Part shown: one piece after another, positions 8,516-16,408 of the stretch | Layout: each line of letters begins with the position of its first letter | Numbering within the stretch: the stretch's first letter is position 1 | Assembly (NCBI RefSeq): GCF_001465295.1 | Contig: NZ_CP011035.1 | Span: 240,001-272,000 of the forward strand | Reading direction: 5' to 3' | DNA: 32,000 bases | Source of the DNA: Pseudoalteromonas translucida KMM 520 | GTDB lineage: Bacteria; Pseudomonadota; Gammaproteobacteria; Enterobacterales; Alteromonadaceae | The notes under the pieces: model-generated | Told to the model about the DNA's origin: nothing | Databases searched by the model: none | What the model saw: the letters and a program-made list of their open reading frames with translations, nothing else | Translations under genes and position numbers: made by a program

Positions 8516-10597
8516 TTAAAACGTCATAGCAATTGTAAGTGAAATACTTTTGTCTATATAAGTTGGTATTGTATACGCTTCGTTGGTGTTGTGAAATTCA
8601 AGATGAGAGTCGGCTAATAAGTTTTTAGCCGATAATTTGCCTAACCACTGTGAATTTATTTGCCAATTCCAGGTAAGATCCAGTGCAGTGTAGCTATTGG
8701 TACCGTACGCGCTAGAGTTTTCTGCTCGCAATACAGCAAGTATATTATGGCCATTTAGCGGGGTATAATTGGCTTTAGCAAAAACTTGCCTGTTTATTGA
8801 GTCATACCCAATAGTGGGCATTGTATTTGGCGGTAAATCGTAAGTAAAATCGGTATAACTATAACCAAGCTCTGTATTAAGTGTATCAAGGGCTTGCCAT
8901 GCAAATACAAGATCAAGCCCATCTGTTTTAGCTTCTGCAACAGCAACTAAATCTAAGTTAAGTTGGGTGGTTGTAAGTACTTGAGCTGCTTGTGTGAATT
9001 TTCCTGCTTGCAACAGTGCTTGCACCGGAAAAAATTGTGCTACTTGATCCGTCGGGTCTGTACTCAAAACCACGACATCTTTTGCATCAGTTCGATACGC
9101 TGAAAAGTCGACAGACCAGTTTGCATCACTAAATCGATAGCCTAGCTCATAAGATAAATACTTTTCCGATTCTACCTTATCATTGCCGTTTAAAAATGTT
9201 GCCACCCTATATTCATCGATTGCAGCAATACCCGTTGTTGTTTGTAATATTTTGCTTGTTTCGATTCCGCTTACTTTAAAGTTATAGTCATACTCCAAAA
9301 GTGCAGGAATACGTACACTGCGTGAAACAGCGCCCCATGCGAGATGTTTTTTGGCCAGTTTATAAGTAAACCTTGCAGAGGGTTGGTTTTCCCAACCAGT
9401 TAAATCGTTATGATCGAGTTTGGTGCCAATAATTAAGGCGAGCTTTTCTGGAATTAAGTCATACTGAAGTTGTAAAAGGCCCCCATATTGTTTTAAATGC
9501 TCAAGCCCTTTATCATAATTAAATAGTAAGCTCTCTTTTGATACAACATCGTTGTAACGGTAGCTCAATCCCCAATCTAACTGTAAAGAGTTGTGAATAA
9601 AGTTCATTTGGTAATCTATATCTACAGACTCAAAATCTTCTTTTAAATATATTTCGGTACCACGTTGTTTAAGCCACGATATTTGTAACATCTGATTCGC
9701 ACTGGTAGATATTCTACTATCAATACGAGCCATTAAACGTGAATCGGTTCTTTTAAAGTTTTCTGAAAAAGCTATATTTCTATTTGTTTCATCAATTGCC
9801 GCACGTAAATTTTGAGATAATTTAGAATGAGTTATATCGCCTTGAAATAATATGTTCCAGTTATTACTCGGTGTAAAGTCAGTTCGAAAACCAAGCGAAT
9901 ATTGTTTTTTAGTATCATGGGGAGTAAGTATGCTGCCTCTGTAAATACTTTCACGTTTAGACGCTTGAGTATTATTTAAGTGGCCGTAAATACGGTAACT
10001 GCCAATACTACTAATATCATCGCCATAACGAAAATTAACGTCACTGTTTATTTGGCTACCGGTTGTAACCTCTGCATATCCGCCACGAGTATCAAGGCTA
10101 TTTTTAGTAATTATGTTAATAACGCCATTATTAGCGTTACTTCCCCATAAAAGTCCGCCTTGCCCACGGATAACTTCTATGCGCTCAATATCGTATAGCG
10201 GGACATTAAGCGCTTCCCAATATACAGCTGCAAACTGAGGAGAATATAAGCTTTGGCCATCAATCATTACTAACAACTTGCTTGAAAAACGAGATGCAAC
10301 ACCACGAGATGAAATAGCCCATTGATTGTTGTCGAGTTGCCTTACAATAAGGCCGGGTACCATTTTAAGTGCTTCAGGGACAGACGTTGCTCCCGATTGG
10401 CTAATTTGCTCTTTATTTAAAACGTAAATGGATGACGCGGTATCAAAAGCCGATTGTGCTCTTTTCATTGCAGAGGTGGTTTGAACATCCATACCCATTA
10501 GAGTGTCAAGGTCTAGGTCGCTGTGATTAAACGTTTGGGCCGCTAAAAACGGAGTAATAAAAAGTGTTGTTAATAAAAATCGTTTTAAAATAATCAC
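8516..10597 (-). CDS. TonB-dependent receptor (693 aa), first gene of the YfiR-like/GGDEF-EAL operon
   Basis: GTG start preceded by GGGAG. Signal peptide, then DLDTLMGMDVQTTSAMKR. Plug motifs VPEALKMVPGLIV, IDGQSLYSP and IERIEVIRGQGGLLWGSNANNGVINIITK. Terminal aromatic residue (AMTF). Its stop lies 9 nt before the YfiR-like start. Confidence 0.88.
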   Translation of the reverse strand: MIILKRFLLTTLFITPFLAAQTFNHSDLDLDTLMGMDVQTTSAMKRAQSAFDTASSIYVLNKEQISQSGATSVPEALKMVPGLIVRQLDNNQWAISSRGVASRFSSKLLVMIDGQSLYSPQFAAVYWEALNVPLYDIERIEVIRGQGGLLWGSNANNGVINIITKNSLDTRGGYAEVTTGSQINSDVNFRYGDDISSIGSYRIYGHLNNTQASKRESIYRGSILTPHDTKKQYSLGFRTDFTPSNNWNILFQGDITHSKLSQNLRAAIDETNRNIAFSENFKRTDSRLMARIDSRISTSANQMLQISWLKQRGTEIYLKEDFESVDIDYQMNFIHNSLQLDWGLSYRYNDVVSKESLLFNYDKGLEHLKQYGGLLQLQYDLIPEKLALIIGTKLDHNDLTGWENQPSARFTYKLAKKHLAWGAVSRSVRIPALLEYDYNFKVSGIETSKILQTTTGIAAIDEYRVATFLNGNDKVESEKYLSYELGYRFSDANWSVDFSAYRTDAKDVVVLSTDPTDQVAQFFPVQALLQAGKFTQAAQVLTTTQLNLDLVAVAEAKTDGLDLVFAWQALDTLNTELGYSYTDFTYDLPPNTMPTIGYDSINRQVFAKANYTPLNGHNILAVLRAENSSAYGTNSYTALDLTWNWQINSQWLGKLSAKNLLADSHLEFHNTNEAYTIPTYIDKSISLTIAMTF

Positions 10598-11041
10598 CTA
10601 GGCGGCTCCCGCACTAATTAAAAACAGTCATTGGTTTTATAAAATATACATTAACACATAAAATTAACATATGTGACTGGCTAAAGCATCCTTTATGCTA
10701 CTCAAAAGCATAGATGTTATTTTGTAGTAGGCAAATTTTTATATTTAAGCAAATAGCCTGCTCGAGTAATTATAGGAAAACACATTTATTATTGTGTGTT
10801 AAGAGTTGTTATTATTAAGATCATAGGTTTAGGGTTAGAGCATAAGGTTAGTATTATTTTTAATACCTTATTTATAAAACGAGCGAGTAAAAATTAACTT
10901 TATTTAACAATAAATAAAATGTAACTTTTGTATTTATACCGTTATTGAAAATAATGCAAAAATAAGGTGGTTTATTTTGCATTATTTTTGTGTATACCGA
11001 ATACTTAACTAGCTTCACCTTGCTTTAGAGGCAAACAAAGT

Positions 11042-11917
11042 ATGATAAAGAATGAGTTAATAGAGCTAGAAGATGTACTTGATCTAATGCTTGATGCTGT
11101 GTGCGTGGTAAATAAAGTAGGTACGTTTGTATTTGTAAGTGCTGCGTTTGAACAAATATTTGGTTATAAAGCTGCCGAAGTAGTGGGCAAACCTATGATT
11201 GATTACGTTTATAAAGGCGATCATAATAAAACCTATAATGCCGTTGCTTCACTTTTGTCGGGCGAAACGACTCATTCACGATTCGAAAACCGCTGGGTTC
11301 GTAAAGATGGTCAAATAATACATATTTTGTGGTCAGTGTGCTGGTCATCAGATCATCAAGTAAGAATTGCAGTTGCTCACGATATTACTGAGCGAAAAAA
11401 AATGGAAGAGCAGCTTTATTACATGGCTGGCCACGATGGGCTGACAGGTTTACCAAATCGCTCATTACTAATGGACAGATTACAGGCTGCAATAGTAAAA
11501 GCAGAAAGAGAAAACACACTATTTTCGATATTATTTATTGATATTAATGGCTTTAAAGCTATTAATGATACCTATGGTCACCTTACGGGCGATAAGTTAT
11601 TGCAAGATATAGCACAGCGTCTTTTAAGCGTAGTAAGAGAATACGATACAGTAGGGCGCTTGGGCGGAGATGAATTTTTGATTGTGCTAGAGGACTTAAG
11701 TAGCGCTGGCGATACCACGGCCATTAAGAGAAAAATAATTGGGCAGTTTCAACAGCCATTTGATCTAGATGAGCTATCATTAAATGTATCTCCGAGTATT
11801 GGCATTGCTAATTACCCCACCCATGGAGAAACAGACCATCAATTAATAAAACACGCAGATCAAGCCATGTATAAAATTAAAAGAATGAGTGCCAATAGCA
11901 TAGATTACCCAGATTAA
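11042..11917 (+). CDS. Cytoplasmic PAS-GGDEF diguanylate cyclase
   Basis: 291 aa. PAS-like N-terminus (VVNKVGTFVFVSAAFEQIFGYKAAEVVGKPM ... DITERKKMEE). The GGDEF domain has DGLTGLPNR, an intact RLGGDEFLIV and an RxxD I-site (REYD) five residues upstream. Confidence 0.9.
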   Translation: MIKNELIELEDVLDLMLDAVCVVNKVGTFVFVSAAFEQIFGYKAAEVVGKPMIDYVYKGDHNKTYNAVASLLSGETTHSRFENRWVRKDGQIIHILWSVCWSSDHQVRIAVAHDITERKKMEEQLYYMAGHDGLTGLPNRSLLMDRLQAAIVKAERENTLFSILFIDINGFKAINDTYGHLTGDKLLQDIAQRLLSVVREYDTVGRLGGDEFLIVLEDLSSAGDTTAIKRKIIGQFQQPFDLDELSLNVSPSIGIANYPTHGETDHQLIKHADQAMYKIKRMSANSIDYPD

Positions 11918-12003
11918 AACTTAACGCTCAAATAATAAAAAAGCAGGCGGTTAAGTAAGCGAGTGAAATATTTCATGTTACCTAACTTGAATTCAAATAA
12001 TAA

Positions 12004-12735
12004 GTGCAGAGGTTAGCAATTAATACGTTATATATTACAGGCGCGGGCGTTAGCGCAGCCAGCGGCATTCCTACCTTTAGAGGTGAAGATGGTTACTGGA
12101 CTATTGGTAGTAAAAATTACACACCAATGCAAATGGCGACACGCGCTATGTATCAAAACGCACCTAAAGAGTTTTTATCTTGGTATTACCACAGGTTTGC
12201 AACGTATAGAAACCACGGCCCTAACGACGTACATTATTGGCTACAAGATAAAAACCTAATAACGCAAAATATAGATGGGCTTGATGGTAAAGCAGGAAAT
12301 AAAAACTATATTGCGGTTCATGGCAGGCTAGATCAAATGACCTTGTTTCATCAACAAGGTGAAAACGTAAAAACGGTGATTACCCCTTGGGATGAAGTAG
12401 ATGAGGCTCATCTGCACACCTCATTATTTGAGGTGTTTAATATTCAAAACCAAGCGCCAGTACTTAATCACTCCTTTAAACCGTTTGTATTATTATTTGA
12501 TGAATACTACACCGAGTTATTTAAAATTAGCGAAGCGCAACAACGCATGGTCAATGCCGAAAAAATTGTATTTATGGGTACTTCGTTTAGCGTTAACATT
12601 ACCCAAATGGCGCTGGAAATAGCCCGCGAATACAATATTGCATTAGAAGTTGTAGACCCACACCCAGCGCATATTTTACATCCAAATGTAAGTTATAAAA
12701 AAATGACCGCGCTTGAATATATTCAGAGTAATTAA
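12004..12735 (+). CDS. SIR2-family NAD-dependent protein deacylase homologue that lacks the zinc-ribbon cysteines
   Basis: 243 aa. Sirtuin motifs are present: GAGVSAASGIPTFRGEDGYW, TQNIDGL, the catalytic AVHGRL, and GTSFSV. The whole protein contains no Cys. The GTG start is immediately preceded by an in-frame TAA and has no obvious SD. Confidence 0.8.
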   Translation: MQRLAINTLYITGAGVSAASGIPTFRGEDGYWTIGSKNYTPMQMATRAMYQNAPKEFLSWYYHRFATYRNHGPNDVHYWLQDKNLITQNIDGLDGKAGNKNYIAVHGRLDQMTLFHQQGENVKTVITPWDEVDEAHLHTSLFEVFNIQNQAPVLNHSFKPFVLLFDEYYTELFKISEAQQRMVNAEKIVFMGTSFSVNITQMALEIAREYNIALEVVDPHPAHILHPNVSYKKMTALEYIQSN

Positions 12736-12794
12736 AGTGTTAAACAGAGTGTTAGCTCCTTATAAAATAACAATAGTATAATAAAGAGATATAA

Positions 12795-13592
12795 ATGAGT
12801 GACTTAAGTGCAATAGCTAATCTATCAATATTATTGGTCGAGCCTTCAGATGTGCAGCAAAAACTGATAATAAAATCACTAATACAAAGTGGTGTAAAAC
12901 AAATAGAAACAGCCACTACACAAACCCAAGCTTTAACCCTACTTGCAAGTTACCAACCTGATTTAGTAATTAGCAGTATGTACTTAGCTGACGGTACCGC
13001 CGATTCACTGCTACAAAACATCAGATCAAACCCGCGCACAGAGCATCAAGCATTTATGTTGGTATCGAGCGAGCGCAATAAAAAATACCTTGAGCAATTA
13101 AGGCAATCGGGCGTGTTAGCTATTTTACCTAAACCCTTTACGAGCGAAGCCATTACCCGAGCGCTTAAAGCTACCTTAGATATAATTAGCGAACAAGAAG
13201 TAGAGCTTGAACACTTTGATGTTACTTTGCTGCGCGTGTTAGTGGTTGACGATAGTCGCTTTGCTCGTAAACATATTATTCGGGTGCTTGCTGGTATGGG
13301 AATACCTGCGCCGGTAGAGGCTGAGAATGGCAAACAAGCAATTGAGCAGCTAAATGAGCAAGCGTTTGACTTAATAGTAACCGATTACAATATGCCCGAA
13401 ATGGATGGCCGAGAACTAACCGAAGCGGTTAGGGGCTCAAATAGCTACTCGCACATCCCTATTTTAATGGTGAGCTCAGAAGCCAATGAAACCCACCTAG
13501 CAAACATCTCTCAAGCCGGAGTGGATGCCATTTGCGACAAACCGTTTGAACCCGCAACAGTGAGAGATTTGCTATTTAAAATAATGTCTTAA
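12795..13592 (+). CDS. Stand-alone tandem receiver protein (degenerate REC plus canonical REC, no output domain)
   Basis: 265 aa. REC1 has LLVEPSD where DD is expected and VISSMYL where the phospho-acceptor context VISD is expected. It keeps the Ser/Thr (LVSSE) and Lys (LPKPF) positions. REC2 is canonical: VVDDS, LIVTDYNMPEMDG, MVSSE, DKPF. Confidence 0.85.
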   Translation: MSDLSAIANLSILLVEPSDVQQKLIIKSLIQSGVKQIETATTQTQALTLLASYQPDLVISSMYLADGTADSLLQNIRSNPRTEHQAFMLVSSERNKKYLEQLRQSGVLAILPKPFTSEAITRALKATLDIISEQEVELEHFDVTLLRVLVVDDSRFARKHIIRVLAGMGIPAPVEAENGKQAIEQLNEQAFDLIVTDYNMPEMDGRELTEAVRGSNSYSHIPILMVSSEANETHLANISQAGVDAICDKPFEPATVRDLLFKIMS

Positions 13593-13753
13593 CAAGTTTA
13601 AGCAAGTACTCGATGAAATAGCAGTATTTTAAGTCATTACTTTACCCCTAATATTTAGGGTATATAGCAATAAAGAGACAATTTTATTTTTGCTATTTAT
13701 ATACTAAAGTATAAAGGTTAGTAATTCCTGACTACTTTAGCTAAGGACACATT

Positions 13754-14071
13754 ATGTCTGATCTCGATATCAATAATCTCAATAGTAAAGACGCTGCTTG
13801 TGAGCAAATAGAGGCAATTGTTGCAGCAAAAAAAATGGCTATAGATGAAATTCTCAAAGAAAAAAGAATTGCAATTGCAGAGATCAGAGCTGAAATGGAC
13901 TTAGCTATTGATGAAATACTCTGTGAGTCGGACAACTCTGACGAAGGGCTTATAGTTAATGACATGGCCGAAGCAGTTAAAAGAAAGCGCAAAAAAGGCA
14001 AAAGAGACAGTGATAGAAGAGTACGCGATGCTGATTACGACAGCCATGAAAAAAAGCACCGTGAAACATAA
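13754..14071 (+). CDS. Small, highly charged hypothetical protein with an internal AIDEIL repeat and a basic tail
   Basis: 105-aa ORF with an AAGGA SD 7 nt upstream. A strong terminator lies downstream. I recognise no family. Confidence 0.55.
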   Translation: MSDLDINNLNSKDAACEQIEAIVAAKKMAIDEILKEKRIAIAEIRAEMDLAIDEILCESDNSDEGLIVNDMAEAVKRKRKKGKRDSDRRVRDADYDSHEKKHRET

Positions 14072-14152
14072 TATAAATAGCACTAGCGTGGTTATTGTAA
14101 TGGTTCAATGGTGAGTTAACTACCCAGAGCACCTTATACATGCAATCTTACT

Positions 14153-14187
14153 TATGCAAAAGGCCAATTAAATTGGCCTTTTGCATA
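14153..14187. terminator. Bidirectional hairpin terminator between convergent genes
   Basis: tatgcaaaaggccaat / attggccttttgcata forms a perfect 16-bp inverted repeat. It lies between the small ORF (+) and the M20 peptidase (-). Confidence 0.7.
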
Positions 14188-14311
14188 CTTATTACCTGAA
14201 TTAAAGCTAGGGTAAAAAGTAGGGGGGCAGAGATTAATTAATCTGATCTTGGGTTAATTAATATTAAATATAATTAGTTAGCTAACCGATTATAAAAATT
14301 AAATAACACCC

Positions 14312-15625
14312 TTACAGCTGCCCTAATCTATAAATAAGTAATGCAGTTTTTTTAATGTTTTTATCAAGGCTAGTTAAATCGGCAGTTTCGTTTTTAGTGT
14401 GCGCGCCACTGCCCATTAAGCCTAAACCATCAAGTGCCATATCAACATGGCTTGTCGCAAACGAAATATCTGCCGCGCCTGCATTGCGTGGATTAGCTGC
14501 CACTACTTTGTTGTAACCTAAATCGTGGCTCGCATCGCTGTATAATGCTAGTAGCTTTTTATTGCCATCGGTTAATGCCATTGGCGGGTAGCCTTCTTCA
14601 AAAATAAGCTCTGCTTTACTGCCATTTAAATTATTACTAGCTATGAGTTGCATTGACCTTTTGGCGTTCTCTAACTGTTTTGGCGAAAGAGCGCGTAAAT
14701 CGCCTGCTATATGCACTGTTTGTGCTATTACATTGCTTTTACCAAACGCCGTTGCTGACGAATTAGCGCTGTCGTAGCCGGCATTTGTGCCACCCACAAT
14801 AAGCCCCGGGTTAAAGGTTAAATTAGGTTGTGTGGCAAGTTGTTCTCTAAAGCTATTTAAAATACGCGATGCTTCGTAAATAGCGCCATAGCCTACATTG
14901 TCACTAAATATTTGCGACGAATGTGCAGCATTTGCCGTTACGTTTAGCGTCCAGCCGGTATAACCACGGCGCGCCGCCATGGCGGTTTTAATGTTGTTAT
15001 CGCCATTTTCAAAGCCTAAGGCAACGTCTGCCCACATTGCCGCATCAACAATGGCTTGTTTAGATAAGCTAAGCGGACGACCGCTGCTTTCTTCATCGCC
15101 AGTGAGTATTACTTTTATGCTTACATTTTCGAGTAAATTAAGGGCTTGTAAGCTTTTAAGCGCGGTAATTATTATCGTGTTACCGCCTTTCATATCGGCA
15201 ACACCAGGGCCACTGGCTGTATCGGCATCAAGCTGTTTGTAGGTAGTAAAGTTATCGTGTTTGGCAAATACTGTATCTAGATGGCCGATCATCAGTATTT
15301 TTATTGCGCCAGGCTTTTTGCTCTCATGCGTTGCCAATACATGGCCTGCACGTTTAAACGCGCTACCATCAAGCCATTCTACCTTAAAACCAATAGCTTT
15401 TAATTGCTCGCTTGTAAGCGCACCTACTTTTTTTACACCTTCAATATTAAGCGAACCGCTATTAATATTTACAGCTTGCTCTATTTCTTGCAGTGCTTGG
15501 GGAATATTTTTATCGACCTGTTTTACTATTACATGCTCGTTCTTATCAAGCGCAGCATGGCATATAAGCGGAAAGGTACTAGCAAGTGTGAGAAAAAGTG
15601 CATGGCTAAATTTTAAAAATGACAT
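14312..15625 (-). CDS. Exported M20-family metallopeptidase (carboxypeptidase G2 / glutamate carboxypeptidase-like)
   Basis: 437 aa. Signal peptide ends ICHA-AL. M20 motifs are present: MIGHLDTV, GPGVADMKGG and TGDEESSG (metal ligands and catalytic Glu). Confidence 0.85.
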   Translation of the reverse strand: MSFLKFSHALFLTLASTFPLICHAALDKNEHVIVKQVDKNIPQALQEIEQAVNINSGSLNIEGVKKVGALTSEQLKAIGFKVEWLDGSAFKRAGHVLATHESKKPGAIKILMIGHLDTVFAKHDNFTTYKQLDADTASGPGVADMKGGNTIIITALKSLQALNLLENVSIKVILTGDEESSGRPLSLSKQAIVDAAMWADVALGFENGDNNIKTAMAARRGYTGWTLNVTANAAHSSQIFSDNVGYGAIYEASRILNSFREQLATQPNLTFNPGLIVGGTNAGYDSANSSATAFGKSNVIAQTVHIAGDLRALSPKQLENAKRSMQLIASNNLNGSKAELIFEEGYPPMALTDGNKKLLALYSDASHDLGYNKVVAANPRNAGAADISFATSHVDMALDGLGLMGSGAHTKNETADLTSLDKNIKKTALLIYRLGQL

Positions 15626-15863
15626 AACAGCATAATAAGTGAGAAATAAGAGTATTTAATATGAAGTAAAATTAATAAGGATTCAATAGGGAAAGAGCAG
15701 TGATAGTTTTTATTTTATAACTAGGATAAAGTTATTGTAATATAAGGATATTTTTGGTTTGTAAAATGACAAATATCGTCGGCTAAATTTTTAGTCGTAT
15801 CGTTGTAACCTCCGGCTGCTGTGATGCTATAGTGATACATTTAAGTTCTAGATAGGATTCTTT

Positions 15864-16121
15864 ATGAAAGTTGAGCTAGTTACGACCCTAAAACGCCAAG
15901 CTAGCAAAATATTAGCTGATCTTCATACTTCAAAAGAGCCTGTGTTAATTACAGAACATGGTAAACCATCCGCTTATCTAGTTGAGGTTGATGATTATGA
16001 ATTCATGCAACAACGAATAGTAATTCTAGAAGGTGTAGCGTGCGGTGAACAAGCTATTAAAAATGGCCATTTATTCTCTAATCAAGAAGCAAAAGAGAAA
16101 ATGAGTAAATGGTTGAAGTAG
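15864..16121 (+). CDS. Type II antitoxin, Phd/YefM family
   Basis: 85 aa. The N-terminus LKRQASKILADLHTSKEPVLITEHGKPSAYLVEVDDYE is typical of Phd/YefM. It overlaps the downstream toxin reading frame by 13 nt. Confidence 0.85.
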   Translation: MKVELVTTLKRQASKILADLHTSKEPVLITEHGKPSAYLVEVDDYEFMQQRIVILEGVACGEQAIKNGHLFSNQEAKEKMSKWLK

Positions 16122-16408
16122 TATGGACATCTCCAGCTCTCGATGATTTAAATGATGTTGCTGAATATATTGCTTTAAGTAATCTAATTGTGGCTAAAAA
16201 ATTGGTTCAAAAAGTATTTGAGAAAGTATCAAGATAAGAGAACCATCCAGAATCAGGTAAAAGGCCTGCTGAGCTAAATAACTTAAACTACCGAGAAGTT
16301 ATTGTTAATCCGTGTCGTATTTTCTATAAAACTGAAAGTGACAAGGTTTATATTTTACAGCTAATGCGACAAGAGCGAGATTTACGCAGGTATCTTTTAC
16401 AGAATTAA
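16109..16408 (+). pseudogene. ParE/RelE-family toxin interrupted by an in-frame TAA
   Basis: Not in the ORF track. Manual translation from the ATG at 16109 gives MVEVVWTSPALDDLNDVAEYIALSNLIVAKKLVQKVFEKVSR, then TAA at 16235-16237. The same frame continues ENHPESGKRPAELNNLNYREVIVNPCRIFYKTESDKVYILQLMRQERDLRRYLLQN and stops at 16406-16408. Both halves together resemble one ParE/RelE toxin of about 99 aa. Confidence 0.75.

Noticed and set aside
5957-10597. Impression that the TBDR/YfiR-like/GGDEF-EAL operon is a low-GC, horizontally acquired island.
   Set aside because: Spot counts of single 60-nt lines inside the operon ranged from about 27% to 50% G+C, against about 52% in one line of the neighbouring TBDR. 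That sampling is too variable and too sparse to support a compositional boundary, and a proper sliding-window calculation is needed.
12401-12622. 73-aa alternative-frame ORF inside the sirtuin gene. The ORFs at 556-801, 728-1006, 2194-2436, 2900-3088, 3821-4114, 4562-4864, 6354-6668, 7788-8048, 13046-13333, 16847-17122, 17356-17610, 18038-18328, 18438-18707, 18735-18977, 21371-21556, 21969-22199, 23125-23337, 25658-25855, 26269-26472, 26686-26874, 27235-27441, 27919-28101, 29127-29372 and 30228-30428 are of the same kind.
   Set aside because: Each is nested in, or antisense to, a longer ORF with strong family motifs. None has a motif or translation signal of its own.
12004-12735. SIR2 gene as part of a known anti-phage system (Thoeris, DSR, SIR2-HerA, SIR2-pAgo).
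   Set aside because: No TIR, HerA, Argonaute or other partner gene is adjacent. The protein is small (243 aa) and carries the canonical sirtuin GIPTFRG/QNIDGL motifs rather than a defence-type SIR2 architecture. A defence role cannot be excluded, but nothing here supports it.
13741-14001. 86-aa minus-strand ORF (Ser/Ile/Ala-rich) overlapping the small charged ORF.
   Set aside because: It is the antisense image of a Glu/Ile/Ala/Lys-rich helical coding sequence. The plus-strand ORF has the SD and the terminator.
14979-15635. Three plus-strand ORFs (14979-15242, 15261-15635, 15404-15616) opposite the M20 peptidase gene.
   Set aside because: All are antisense to a gene with clear M20 catalytic motifs. 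They have Ser/Ala/Leu-rich shadow composition and lack ribosome-binding sites.
15780-15850. cctccggc string upstream of the antitoxin, which recalled the GEMM-I c-di-GMP riboswitch core.
   Set aside because: The flanking conserved GEMM-I elements (the GGGCAAACC and GGACGCAAAGCC-type segments and the paired P1/P2 helices) are absent. This is a coincidental octamer.
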